Assembly: GCA_046881825.1 (NCBI GenBank)
Contig: JBKSMS010000012.1
Location: 25,103 to 89,102 of the forward strand
DNA length: 64,000 nucleotides
Direction of reading: 5' to 3'
DNA from: Alphaproteobacteria bacterium
GTDB lineage: Bacteria > Pseudomonadota > Alphaproteobacteria > Rs-D84
The stretch's first letter is position 1; each line of letters begins with the position of its first letter. Below, piece by piece: positions 36,454 to 46,972 of the stretch. Position numbers and translations under genes: made by a program. Below the pieces are notes generated by a model. It was given only the letters and a program-made list of their open reading frames with translations, was not told where the DNA came from and searched no databases.

Positions 36454-37634
36454 ATACGGGGCCCGCGCATAGTTGATTTATTTGTAGTGGTTTGACCAGT
36501 AAACCCAATTACCAATTTATCGTTTTCTTTGATTCCATCAGATATGATTTGAGTATCTGTTGGGGTTGTTATACCGCGCGTATACGGCACGAATACTATA
36601 TCTTTGCCGCGTTTAATCGCCAAGTGAGTTTTTGGTGTTATATCTTCTGGAACATCTTTGATTATGTTTTTATATGTGCGAATCAAAAGCCCTGAATTTT
36701 TTGTTTTCCATGTATTTTTTGCTTCGGCAACAACTACTGTCACAAATGCAGTCATCCCCGGCATCAATTTTAAATCAGAATTATCTACATCAATAACCAC
36801 AGTATAAACAACAACATTAGAAACATTTGTTGGTGATAATCTTATTTGTTGAACATTTCCCTTAAAAGTTTGATTTGGGTATGCATCCACAGTAAATGTG
36901 ACCGGCAGTCCTTCTTTAATCATACCTATATCTGCCTCACTGACCGCAGTTTCAATTTGCATTTTTGATAAATCTTCGGCTATTTCAAAAAGGTCTGGCG
37001 TTTGAAAAGATGCGGCAACCGTTTGCCCTTTGTCTACCTTGCGTGAAATCACAGTCCCATCCACAGGCGAAGTAATTGTTGCATACCCCAAATTAGTCAC
37101 AGCGCGTTCATATGAATATTGCGCTTTGTTAACAGCTTGTTGTGCTTGTTCATAAATTGTTTCAGACTTTTCCATTTCTGCGCGCGAAATAAAACCATCA
37201 CGATATAATGTTTCATTTCTTTTGAATTCACTTTGCGCGTATTTCAATTCTGATTTTGCAGAATCAAGTGAAGCTTTGGCTTCATCAACAGTCGATTGCA
37301 AAACAGACGGTTCAATGGTCAGCAATAAATCGCCTTTTTTAACACGCGAATTATAATCGACAAAAATGTCTTCGATTGTGCCAGATACTTGTGAACCAAC
37401 ATTGACTGTATTTACCGGCATAATCTCACCTGTTGCGGTCACAGTTTGAACTATATCCCCCCGCGTTATATCAACCGTCACATAATCTTTGCGTTTTGTT
37501 TTTGTCCCGAAATAAATCCATAAAATAATCCCAATCAAAACAAGAATAATCAACAACGACCACCATTTGTGTCGCCAAAACCACCCAAAAAATCTTTTGA
37601 AAAATGAAGGCTTGGTTGCCGTTTGTTCTTCCAT
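36450..37634 (-). CDS. HlyD/MacA-family periplasmic adaptor
   Basis: It has an N-terminal TM, a lipoyl-like VGSQVSGTIEDIFVDYNSRVKKGDLL, a coiled-coil hairpin and a beta-barrel. Confidence 0.85.
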   Translation of the reverse strand: MEEQTATKPSFFKRFFGWFWRHKWWSLLIILVLIGIILWIYFGTKTKRKDYVTVDITRGDIVQTVTATGEIMPVNTVNVGSQVSGTIEDIFVDYNSRVKKGDLLLTIEPSVLQSTVDEAKASLDSAKSELKYAQSEFKRNETLYRDGFISRAEMEKSETIYEQAQQAVNKAQYSYERAVTNLGYATITSPVDGTVISRKVDKGQTVAASFQTPDLFEIAEDLSKMQIETAVSEADIGMIKEGLPVTFTVDAYPNQTFKGNVQQIRLSPTNVSNVVVYTVVIDVDNSDLKLMPGMTAFVTVVVAEAKNTWKTKNSGLLIRTYKNIIKDVPEDITPKTHLAIKRGKDIVFVPYTRGITTPTDTQIISDGIKENDKLVIGFTGQTTTNKSTMRGPRM

Positions 37635-38947
37635 TATTTATCTTCCTTTAATCCATTTTTTATATCACCAATAGCCAGCGCAACCGCAGCGCGTTTTATA
37701 AACAAATCGTATTTAGCAGAATTATTTTGTTTCCGTGCATTGACCAATTCTGATTGGGCAGTTTGCCAATCCAGCATTGTTGCGCGTCCAACTTTGTACA
37801 TACCAGATGTCACGCGTTCACTTTCTTTGGCAGATTTTAACAATGTTTCAGATTGCTTTAAAACCGTCTTGGCTGTCTTGTAATTTTGATACGCCGTGAA
37901 CACATCCATAATCGCATCATTAGAAATATTTTCTTCATTGTATTTTGTGCTTTCCCAATCTGCACTGGCTGATCGCGCATTGTAATAATTTAAAAAGCCA
38001 GTAAATATAGGCATAGATACCGATACGCCTATGGTCCCGTGAGTTTTAGCAGTCATATTATCAAACATGCCCCCAACTGTTTTATCTGTCACCTCTATGC
38101 CACCTGTCACAGAAATAGACGGCAAATTTTTCAAAAAAGCACTGTTACGACGATGCCATGCTGCGGCTGTTTGAGATTTTGCTTTTAACAAATCGGGTCT
38201 TTTTTCACGCGCAATTTTCATCAATTTATCAATGCTTTCGCTTTCCGCATCAGAGCCAAAAAAAGATGGCATGTCTTTAATTTTTATATCATCATCTGCC
38301 GGGAAAGACAATATAGTAAGCAAAGTTCCTTTGGCTATTTCACGATTGTTTTTTGCGCGTTCTAATTCCAATTGTGATGATGCCAATGTTGTATCAGCTT
38401 TGTAAACATCGGCTTTGGCTACTACACCTGCAGAATATTTTTTATCTGCTGTATCTTTGGCAGTTTGCGCAACAGTCAGGGCAGATTGTGCCGCACTGAC
38501 ATCTGCATCTGTATTTAACAACGCATAATAAGCACCAATTATAGAATAAATGAAATTTTGAATTGTTTCATCATAATCAAAACCTGCTGCACGATATATA
38601 GCAAGGCTTTGCGCAAAATCAGATTCCCGTTTTCCAAAATCAAAAACTAAATAAGATGCAGAAAGAGATGCTGTATAAGTCCAATCATCGTGTTCTGTAT
38701 GCGCACGATTTGCCCCCGCTTTGCCAGAAATTGTCGGCAAAAATTGTGAATATGATGAATTTTTTGTATACCGCGCAGATTTTAAAGACGCGTATGCAGC
38801 GGCTGTGCGCGGATTTCTGCACAGACCCATATTTATCACTTCGTCCAACATCATTTCTTTATCTGGAATATGACGCATAGTTGCACAATCTTCTGTTGCA
38901 AAGGCATAAATGGGCAAACAGGCAAAAATCCAGGCGTAAAACTTCAT
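37634..38947 (-). CDS. TolC-family outer membrane efflux protein
   Basis: The signal peptide is MKFYAWIFACLPIYAFA. There are two repeats of the OEP helical pattern. The stop overlaps the adaptor start. Confidence 0.8.
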   Translation of the reverse strand: MKFYAWIFACLPIYAFATEDCATMRHIPDKEMMLDEVINMGLCRNPRTAAAYASLKSARYTKNSSYSQFLPTISGKAGANRAHTEHDDWTYTASLSASYLVFDFGKRESDFAQSLAIYRAAGFDYDETIQNFIYSIIGAYYALLNTDADVSAAQSALTVAQTAKDTADKKYSAGVVAKADVYKADTTLASSQLELERAKNNREIAKGTLLTILSFPADDDIKIKDMPSFFGSDAESESIDKLMKIAREKRPDLLKAKSQTAAAWHRRNSAFLKNLPSISVTGGIEVTDKTVGGMFDNMTAKTHGTIGVSVSMPIFTGFLNYYNARSASADWESTKYNEENISNDAIMDVFTAYQNYKTAKTVLKQSETLLKSAKESERVTSGMYKVGRATMLDWQTAQSELVNARKQNNSAKYDLFIKRAAVALAIGDIKNGLKEDK

Positions 38948-39078
38948 TTTCTTTTTTCTCTTTATATAAATGATACCCTTTTTGACCCTTAAAAAATATC
39001 GGAACAAATTCATTAGGCTTTTGTGTAATTTTTATGTTGAAATCTTATTATTTTTTGCCTATGATGCTTTTACGCGAA

Positions 39079-39152
39079 GGCCAGGTGGCAGAGTGGTTAT
39101 GCAGAGGACTGCAAATCCTTGGATGCCGGTTCGATTCCGACCCTGGCCTCCA
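39079..39152 (+). tRNA. tRNA-Cys (anticodon GCA)
   Basis: GGCCAGGTGGCAGAGTGGTTATGCAGAGGACTGCAAATCCTTGGATGCCGGTTCGATTCCGACCCTGGCCTCCA has acceptor GGCCAGG/CCTGGCC and anticodon loop CTGCAAA. There is one C-A mismatch in the T stem. Confidence 0.85.
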
Positions 39153-39162
39153 AATTTAAAAA

Positions 39163-40242
39163 ATGATACAACAAATAACTCTTACCAATTTTAGAAATCA
39201 TGAATGTTCCAGAATTACTGTTGGAAATGCAAAAAATATTATTATAACAGGTTCAAATGGCGCTGGTAAAACAGCCGTATTGGAAGCAATATCTTTGCTT
39301 TCCGGCGAACGCGGATTGCGCGGGGCTGATATGTTAAATCTTGCACGATTTGATGGGAATGGCGGCTTTTCTGTTTTTGCAACCACAGATGATGATAACG
39401 ATATATGTGTGTTTTTCGCATCCAAAGATACAAATCGGCACGCAAAAATAAATAATGAAAATGCGCCTTTGTCAGAATTAGGCAAAATATCCCGCATAAT
39501 ATGGTTAACGCCCCACGAAGATAGAATTTTTGTTGATTCTGTTGCAAACAGACGCGCTTTTTTTGATCATCTGGTTGCCAGTTTTGAACCATCTCATATT
39601 GGACGCCTGTCGCGTCTTAATAAATTATTATCAGAAAGGGCAGGTGCAATCAAAAATAATGCTGATAATAATTGGTTGGATGCGATTGATAAACAGATTG
39701 CAGCAACCGCCGTATCCGTTGCCGCATGCCGTATACAGTATTCTGGGGAAATAAATTATTTCTTTGAAAATGGTGCAGTATCAGTTAACGGTATGGTTGA
39801 AAAACTGGTTCTGGAAAATACCTCAACAATTGCTGAAAATAAATATTTCGAATATTTACAAAACAATCGAAATTTGATTGGCGATAAAATGGTCATAGAT
39901 GGCGCACATAAATCAGATTTTGGTGTGTTTAATAAAAAACTAAATTTGCCTGCATATATAACTTCGACTGGTCAACAAAAATCTATCTTGATTGATTTGA
40001 TTTTGGCACATGCGAAATTAGTTCGTATAAAAACAGGTCAAAGACCAATTATTTTATTAGATGAAGCTGCATCTCATCTGGATGAAAAAACTCGTGAAAA
40101 AATATTCAACGATTTAAATGAATTGGATGCTCAGGTTTGGGCAACAGGATTGGATATAAATATATTTAAAAATATTCCAAATGCTTTATTTGTCACTTGC
40201 CAAAATGGCTGGATAAGTAATATAGTAAAAGCGGAGAATTAA
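39163..40242 (+). CDS. recF: DNA replication and repair protein RecF
   Basis: LTNFRNH, Walker A GSNGAGKTAVLEAI and LLDEAASHLD are present. Confidence 0.92.
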   Translation: MIQQITLTNFRNHECSRITVGNAKNIIITGSNGAGKTAVLEAISLLSGERGLRGADMLNLARFDGNGGFSVFATTDDDNDICVFFASKDTNRHAKINNENAPLSELGKISRIIWLTPHEDRIFVDSVANRRAFFDHLVASFEPSHIGRLSRLNKLLSERAGAIKNNADNNWLDAIDKQIAATAVSVAACRIQYSGEINYFFENGAVSVNGMVEKLVLENTSTIAENKYFEYLQNNRNLIGDKMVIDGAHKSDFGVFNKKLNLPAYITSTGQQKSILIDLILAHAKLVRIKTGQRPIILLDEAASHLDEKTREKIFNDLNELDAQVWATGLDINIFKNIPNALFVTCQNGWISNIVKAEN

Positions 40243-40243
40243 C

Positions 40244-40717
40244 ATGGCAAAAATAAACTATAAACAATTGCTGGATAACGCATTGAAGTCTGTTGTCAAA
40301 GAGGCACTTATTCATGCTCAATTTAATGGGCTGGGGGATGATGCCAGTTTTTTTATAACTTTTAAAACGCGCGACCCAGGGGTTGTGTTGCCAGATTTTT
40401 TGCGTATGCGCTATCCTGATTTAATGACTATTGTTTTGCAATATTCTTATAATAATCTTAATGTGTCAGACAAAGAATTTGGTGTTCAGTTAACCTTTGA
40501 CGGACGCCCATTCTTTATTCGCGTCCCATTTTCTGCATTGATAGAATTTAAAGATCCATCTGTTGATTTTATGTTGTCTTTCCAACCAAATCAGCCATCA
40601 AACACTGAACCCAAAGAAGAAAATATTGAATTACCATTGGAAGAAAAACCAGGAACAGTTCCAGACGATAAACGCGTTGTGTCTTTGGATGAATTTAGGA
40701 AAAGAAAAAATCAATAA
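40244..40717 (+). CDS. sspB: ClpXP adaptor SspB, alphaproteobacterial type
   Basis: FFITFKTRDPGVVLPDFLRMRYPDLMTIVLQYSY...VPFSALIEFKDPSVDFMLSF closely follows the alpha-type SspB pattern. The tail ends SLDEFRKRK. Confidence 0.8.
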   Translation: MAKINYKQLLDNALKSVVKEALIHAQFNGLGDDASFFITFKTRDPGVVLPDFLRMRYPDLMTIVLQYSYNNLNVSDKEFGVQLTFDGRPFFIRVPFSALIEFKDPSVDFMLSFQPNQPSNTEPKEENIELPLEEKPGTVPDDKRVVSLDEFRKRKNQ

Positions 40718-40757
40718 TCCGTCTTTGCTGTCGCAAAGCCGTGATTCGTTATTGATA
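40718..40757. repeat. Short hairpin repeat (CTTTGC/GCAAAG), copy 1
   Basis: TCCGTCTTTGCTGTCGCAAAGCCGTGA fills the whole sspB/accC convergent spacer. Blocks of 11 and 9 nt are identical to 44545-44571. Confidence 0.6.
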
Positions 40758-42146
40758 TTATTCTTCGTTAATTTTTTCAACGATTTCTTCTGCTGATTTC
40801 TTTTTTTCTTCCAGATAATTTTCCAACCAATGATTATCTGTTTTTAACTGACGCACATCGGTGTTTTCCAAAAGTTCTTTTTGAAGTGGTATAGTTGTTT
40901 TGATTCCTTCGATAACGAATTCGTCCAACGCGCGTGTCGCACGCATTATACAAGCCGTCCTTGATTGCGCATGAACAATCAATTTCGCAATCATAGAATC
41001 ATAAGTCGGCGGAATTGTATATCCACTGTATACAGCAGAATCTACACGAACACCCAAACCACCTGGGGGGGCATACAAAGTTATTTTGCCCGGATTTGGA
41101 ATAAAAGTTTCAGCATCTTCGGCATTGATGCGAAATTCTATCGCATGCCCATGTGCGACCAAATTGGATTGAGTATATCCCAACTTTTCCCCAGCCGCAA
41201 TTCGTATCTGTTCACGAACTAAATCAACACCGTAAACCATTTCAGTCACAGGGTGTTCCACCTGTAATCTGGTATTCATTTCAAGAAAATAAAATTTTCC
41301 GCCTTCGAACATAAATTCAAAAGTCCCAGCATTTGTGTATTTCATCTTTTTGGCGGCATTTTTACAAATTTCAATCATATCATCGCGTTGCTTTTGCGTT
41401 AAAACAGCCGCAGGACATTCTTCGATTAATTTTTGATTCTTTCTTTGCAGGGAACAATCGCGTTCACCAAAAATAACAACATTACCGTGTTTGTCGCCCA
41501 AAACCTGAAATTCGATATGGCGCGGATGCAATAATAATTTTTCCATATAAAGTGTATCATCACCAAATGCTGTTTTTGATTCAGCCTTGACCAACGGATA
41601 AGCTTCGCGTAATTCGTTCGCATTATGCACAGCACGCATACCACGACCACCACCGCCCGCAGCCGCCTTTATCATAACAGGATAACCAATTTTATCCGCC
41701 CAACAAAGTGCATCTTCTATTGTTTTTATTGCGCCATCAGACCCTGGAACAACCGGCAACCCGCATTTTATCGCAGTCTGTTTAGCATTAACTTTGTCGC
41801 CCATTTTGCGAATCATATCCGCATTCGGTCCAATCCAAACAAGACCGTGTTGTTCTACTTTGTCCACAAAATCGGCACGTTCAGATAAAAATCCATATCC
41901 AGGATGAATCGCGTCTGCATTCGTCAACAATGCCGCCGTCAATATAGCTGATTCATTTAAATAAGAATCTATGGATTGTGCCGGACCAATACATACAGAT
42001 TCATCTGCCAATTTTACATGCATTGCATCCTTGTCCGCTGTAGAATACACAGCCACCGTTCGTATCCCCATATCACGACACGCACGAATAACACGCAGTG
42101 CTATTTCACCACGATTAGCAATCAAAACTTTCTTAATCTGCGGCAT
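40758..42146 (-). CDS. accC: Acetyl-CoA carboxylase biotin carboxylase subunit
   Basis: KVLIANRGEIALRVIRAC, GGGGRGMR and EMNTRLQVEHPVTE are present. Confidence 0.97.
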   Translation of the reverse strand: MPQIKKVLIANRGEIALRVIRACRDMGIRTVAVYSTADKDAMHVKLADESVCIGPAQSIDSYLNESAILTAALLTNADAIHPGYGFLSERADFVDKVEQHGLVWIGPNADMIRKMGDKVNAKQTAIKCGLPVVPGSDGAIKTIEDALCWADKIGYPVMIKAAAGGGGRGMRAVHNANELREAYPLVKAESKTAFGDDTLYMEKLLLHPRHIEFQVLGDKHGNVVIFGERDCSLQRKNQKLIEECPAAVLTQKQRDDMIEICKNAAKKMKYTNAGTFEFMFEGGKFYFLEMNTRLQVEHPVTEMVYGVDLVREQIRIAAGEKLGYTQSNLVAHGHAIEFRINAEDAETFIPNPGKITLYAPPGGLGVRVDSAVYSGYTIPPTYDSMIAKLIVHAQSRTACIMRATRALDEFVIEGIKTTIPLQKELLENTDVRQLKTDNHWLENYLEEKKKSAEEIVEKINEE

Positions 42147-42585
42147 CTGGAACCTGTTCTATTACGATAATCGGTGTATCAAATTCAACCGCAGTCCCAT
42201 CGGTACCCAAAATTTCTTTGACCACACCATCTATATCTGATTTTATTGGATTAAATGTTTTCATCGCTTCTACCAGCGCAACTGTGTCACCAGCTTTTAC
42301 CTTAGCCCCAACCTTTACAAAAGGTTTTGCGCCCGGTTCTGGCGCCAAATAAAGAACGCCAACCATCGGTGATTTTAACACATGTCCAGATATTTTATCA
42401 GCAACATTTGTCTTTGATTGAGAAACGAAACCCGCAGCAGGTGCAGCCACAGTTTGTTGTTTAGATAAATGAATATGTTTACGGTATAAACCCAATAACA
42501 GTTGTCTTTCCAAATCTAGTTCTGTTATGCCCATTTCATCCATCAATTTGGACATATTTTCAACTGTCGAACGAAAAGAAGCCAT
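42133..42585 (-). CDS. accB: Biotin carboxyl carrier protein
   Basis: The C-terminal biotinyl motif is VEAMKTFNPI. The ATG at 42585 is preferred over the extended ORF. Confidence 0.9.
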   Translation of the reverse strand: MASFRSTVENMSKLMDEMGITELDLERQLLLGLYRKHIHLSKQQTVAAPAAGFVSQSKTNVADKISGHVLKSPMVGVLYLAPEPGAKPFVKVGAKVKAGDTVALVEAMKTFNPIKSDIDGVVKEILGTDGTAVEFDTPIIVIEQVPDAAD

Positions 42586-42647
42586 AATTATAAATCCTTT
42601 TTTAAAGCCATATATCACTATTAATTCTACCACATTGATTTTCGATG

Positions 42648-42905
42648 TCAAGGAACGGGATCATATCCATATCCACCACCAGGGCGACAACGCGATATGC
42701 GTTTTATTCCCATCCATGTCCCCTTAAATGCGCCATATTTTTCAATAGCTTGTTTTGTATATTCGCTGCATGTTGGTGTAAATCTGCACGCACAGCGTCC
42801 ACCAATAAACGGTGATATACAAATCTGATACATGCGAACCATATTACATGCAATTGTTTGAAGAAAATTATTCTGCGTTTTTAGCATTTCTTTTTTTATA
42901 CACAC
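42648..42905 (-). CDS. yidD: Membrane protein insertion efficiency factor YidD
   Basis: YQICISPFIGGRCACRFTPTCSEYTKQAIEKYG and RISRCRPGGGYGYDPVP are present. The start is uncertain (42905, 42887 or 42842), and the longest form overlaps rnpA. Confidence 0.85.
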   Translation of the reverse strand: MCIKKEMLKTQNNFLQTIACNMVRMYQICISPFIGGRCACRFTPTCSEYTKQAIEKYGAFKGTWMGIKRISRCRPGGGYGYDPVP

Positions 42906-43230
42906 CAGCTATTCTTTTCAAAGAATACGCCATTTCTTTACGACCTGAATCGCGCCGTCTGGTTAAAATCGGAGCATGCGCAATAAAGATATAGTCTAAT
43001 TCGGGAATCATTAAATCTTCATTAAAAGCGATCCAATCACGCATCATCCTTTTGGCGCGATTGCGATCTGTTGCCAATTTTAATTCCTTTTTCGGTGCAA
43101 ACAAACCATATCTAGCATCACCAGGTATTTTAGCACTTTTGGCCTTTACGGTCATATTATAAGAATTCACCTTGTAATCGCCAAGGGATGTTTTAAAATC
43201 TTTGTGATTGCGTATAGTTTTTCTTTTCAT
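42868..43230 (-). CDS. rnpA: Ribonuclease P protein component
   Basis: It is a basic, approximately 120-aa protein with KLATDRNRAKRMMRDW (the RNR motif region), directly upstream of yidD. Confidence 0.8.
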   Translation of the reverse strand: MKRKTIRNHKDFKTSLGDYKVNSYNMTVKAKSAKIPGDARYGLFAPKKELKLATDRNRAKRMMRDWIAFNEDLMIPELDYIFIAHAPILTRRRDSGRKEMAYSLKRIAGVYKKRNAKNAE

Positions 43231-43268
43231 AAGGCATATATTAGCAAAATCTTGGAAAAAGCAAATAA

Positions 43269-44399
<1,131 letters not shown>

Positions 44400-44402
44400 T
44401 TC

Positions 44403-44425
44403 AACCGGCAAATGCCGGTTTTTTT
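44403..44425 (+). terminator. Rho-independent terminator (AACCGGCAAATGCCGGTT + T5)
   Basis: The hairpin plus T-run sits 4 nt after the mreB stop. Confidence 0.8.
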
Positions 44426-44467
44426 ATTTGCAAATGCAATTTTTGCTGTTATAATCTGTTCTGCTTT

Positions 44468-44544
44468 GGGTGGTTAGCTCAGTTGGCTAGAGCGTCACGT
44501 TGACATCGTGGAGGTCGTTGGTTCGAGCCCAATACCACCCACCA
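44468..44544 (+). tRNA. tRNA-Val (anticodon GAC)
   Basis: GGGTGGTTAGCTCAGTTGGCTAGAGCGTCACGTTGACATCGTGGAGGTCGTTGGTTCGAGCCCAATACCACCCACCA has anticodon loop TTGACAT. Confidence 0.9.
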
Positions 44545-44640
44545 TCCGTCTTTGCCGTTAGCAAAGCCGCGACAGGCGGGTTTGATACAAGCAAAACGGA
44601 ATGCCGCGGATGTGCGAAGCACAGACGGGCTGTTAAGAAA
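44545..44640. repeat. G+C-rich structured spacer directly 3' of tRNA-Val(GAC); contains copy 2 of the CTTTGC/GCAAAG repeat
   Basis: TCCGTCTTTGCCGTTAGCAAAGCCGCGA is followed by the hairpins CCGC-GACAG-GCGG and TGTGC-GAA-GCACA. Confidence 0.55.
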
Positions 44641-44749
44641 ACAAAGAACAAACAAAATGCGAATGTACAATTAATCTTAGGTAAAAATTTTGCGGGAACA
44701 AATTGATGCGCCCGTTATGGCGCGTTTATTTTTAGAAGAGGACTACACA

Positions 44750-46378
44750 ATGGGACAAAAATATTTAATTACTTCTGCACTACCGTATGTTAACAACAAT
44801 TTACATATTGGGCATTTAATTGGTTGTTTATTGCCAAGTGATGTATATGCCAGATTCTGCCGTGCACAGGGACGCGATGTTCTTTATATTGGTGGCGCTG
44901 ATGAACATGGTACCCCCAGCGAAGTTGGTGCTTTGAAAGAAAACATCCCTGTTGAAGAATATGTTGATAAATACCGCGCGAAACATTTGGAAGCTGTTCG
45001 TGATTTTAAATTGTCCTTTGATTTATATGGTCGTACACATACAAAATTACATGAAAAATTGATTCATGAATTATTCAATCGTCTTGATTCTTTGGGAATG
45101 ATAGAAGAAAAATCATCCATGCAGCCTTATTCTGTAAACGAAAAAAAATTCTTGGCAGACAGATATGTTATTGGGACTTGTCCAAAATGCGGCTATGACC
45201 ACGCATATGGGAATGAATGCGATAAATGTGGCATATCACTTGACCCTGATCAATTAATCAATCCACACAGCGCAATCGATCCTTCTTCCCCAGTTGAAAT
45301 GCGTGAAACAAAACATTTGTATTTTAAATTAAGCGCTGTCCAAGATAAATTACGCGCTTGGATTGATTCTCGCCAAAATTGGCCAAAAACAGCCATAACC
45401 ATAGCTAATAAATGGCTGGACGAAGGTTTACATGATAATCCTATAACCCGCGATTTAAAGTGGGGAATACCTGTTAATAAACCTGGGTTTGAAGACAAAG
45501 TATTCTATGTCTGGTTTGATGCCCCATGGGGTTATGTTTCTATATCCCAAGCCGCGACAAATGATTGGGCAAGTTGGTGGAAAAACCCAGATTGCTATTA
45601 TACACAATTTATGGCCAAAGATAATGTGTCTTTCCATTCTGTATTCTTCCCAGCACAAGAATTGGCAATGAACGATAATTGGAAAACCGTAGATATGTTA
45701 AAGGGCCAAAATTTCATGAACTTTAACGGTGCAAAGATTTCAAAATCTACTGGAAATGGTATTTTCCTTGATGAAGCATTAAACATCGCACCAAGCGATT
45801 GTTGGAGATATGCCCTATTAGCATCCGCACCAGAAACAGACGATACTGATTTTACAATGGCGCGTTTTGCAGATGTTGTGAACAAAGATTTAAACGGGTT
45901 GCTTGGTAATTTTGTTTCACGTGTTTGCAAATTGTCCAATAAAAACTTTGGCGATGTTGTCCCAGATGGAAATGGTATTGATAAAGATTTAGAATTAAAA
46001 ATAAATGAAAAATTAAACGATTTAACAAACGCACTTGAAAAATGTGAATTTAGAAATGCTGTCTTTGCATTGCGTTCTTTGTGGGCAATCGCAAATGAAT
46101 ATATGACTGCAAAAGAACCATGGGCATTGGTTAAAAACGGTGATATGAACGGCGCAGCAGCTTCATTAAATGAATGTTTTCAAATGATTGATTTGTTCGC
46201 ACGCGTGTCTGCACCTTTTATACCAGACGCGGCTGAAAAAATGCAGAATGTATTCGAAATAAAACACGATTTATCGTGGCCAACAAAATATGAACACCGT
46301 ATTGCAAATGGCGAAAAGTTTGTTGTTCCAGAAAATTTGTTTAATCGAATTGAATTGGTCGAAAAAACAAATGAATAA
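44750..46378 (+). CDS. metG: Methionyl-tRNA synthetase (no C-terminal tRNA-binding appendage)
   Basis: ALPYVNNNLHIGHL is the HIGH motif, the zinc knuckle is CPKCGYD...CDKCG, and the KMSKS-like motif is KISKSTGN. Confidence 0.95.
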   Translation: MGQKYLITSALPYVNNNLHIGHLIGCLLPSDVYARFCRAQGRDVLYIGGADEHGTPSEVGALKENIPVEEYVDKYRAKHLEAVRDFKLSFDLYGRTHTKLHEKLIHELFNRLDSLGMIEEKSSMQPYSVNEKKFLADRYVIGTCPKCGYDHAYGNECDKCGISLDPDQLINPHSAIDPSSPVEMRETKHLYFKLSAVQDKLRAWIDSRQNWPKTAITIANKWLDEGLHDNPITRDLKWGIPVNKPGFEDKVFYVWFDAPWGYVSISQAATNDWASWWKNPDCYYTQFMAKDNVSFHSVFFPAQELAMNDNWKTVDMLKGQNFMNFNGAKISKSTGNGIFLDEALNIAPSDCWRYALLASAPETDDTDFTMARFADVVNKDLNGLLGNFVSRVCKLSNKNFGDVVPDGNGIDKDLELKINEKLNDLTNALEKCEFRNAVFALRSLWAIANEYMTAKEPWALVKNGDMNGAAASLNECFQMIDLFARVSAPFIPDAAEKMQNVFEIKHDLSWPTKYEHRIANGEKFVVPENLFNRIELVEKTNE

Positions 46379-46910
46379 AAACATTAAACTTATTTTAATG
46401 TCTTGTTGTGCGCCGTGTTCTGCTGGTGCTATTAAACAGCTTGCAGACGGTGAAATCCCAGGCATAGAAGACTTTATTGTTATGTTTTTTAATCCTAATA
46501 TTTACCCAGTGGCTGAATATCAAAAAAGATTAAATGAACAAATAAAATACTGTGAAAAGCTAGGTGTGAAATATGTTGTTGGTGCTTATAATCATGATAA
46601 ATGGCGCGAACATATTACTGGATTAGAAAATGAACCTGAACGTGGACTGCGCTGTTCAAAATGTTTTGCTTATCGTTTTTGTTATGCGCGCGAATATGCT
46701 GCACAGCATGGATTTAATGCGATTGCATCAGTATTTGGTGTTTCACGCCACAAAGATCAAAATCAGGTTGATACAGCTGGAAATGAATCTTGTGGGGAAA
46801 TAAAATATTTACCGATTAAATGGAATGAAGATTTACGCAATAAAATAAATCGTGAATCTGAATTTTATCGCCAGAATTATTGCGGTTGTGAATTTTCAAT
46901 ACGTAAATGA
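46371..46910 (+). CDS. queH: Epoxyqueuosine reductase QueH (DUF208)
   Basis: LMSCCAPCSAG, FFNPNIYP, RCSKCF and the C-terminal YRQNYCGCEFS are present. The start overlaps the metG stop. Confidence 0.8.
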   Translation: MNKNIKLILMSCCAPCSAGAIKQLADGEIPGIEDFIVMFFNPNIYPVAEYQKRLNEQIKYCEKLGVKYVVGAYNHDKWREHITGLENEPERGLRCSKCFAYRFCYAREYAAQHGFNAIASVFGVSRHKDQNQVDTAGNESCGEIKYLPIKWNEDLRNKINRESEFYRQNYCGCEFSIRK

Positions 46911-46972
46911 TAATCTGTTGATTTTTGCTTTTAATTTCCTATAATTTTATGGTTACGAAAAAAGGTAAAGAC

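Noticed and set aside
44479-44706. ORFs of 63 aa (minus) and 68 aa (plus) over tRNA-Val(GAC) and its GC-rich trailer
   Set aside because: They overlap a clean tRNA cloverleaf. The basic and odd composition reflects GC-rich hairpins, and there is no SD.
45911-45926. TGTTTCACGTGTTTGC inside metG as a parS site
   Set aside because: Only the left half-site matches, the right arm is not the inverted repeat, and it lies within a coding region.
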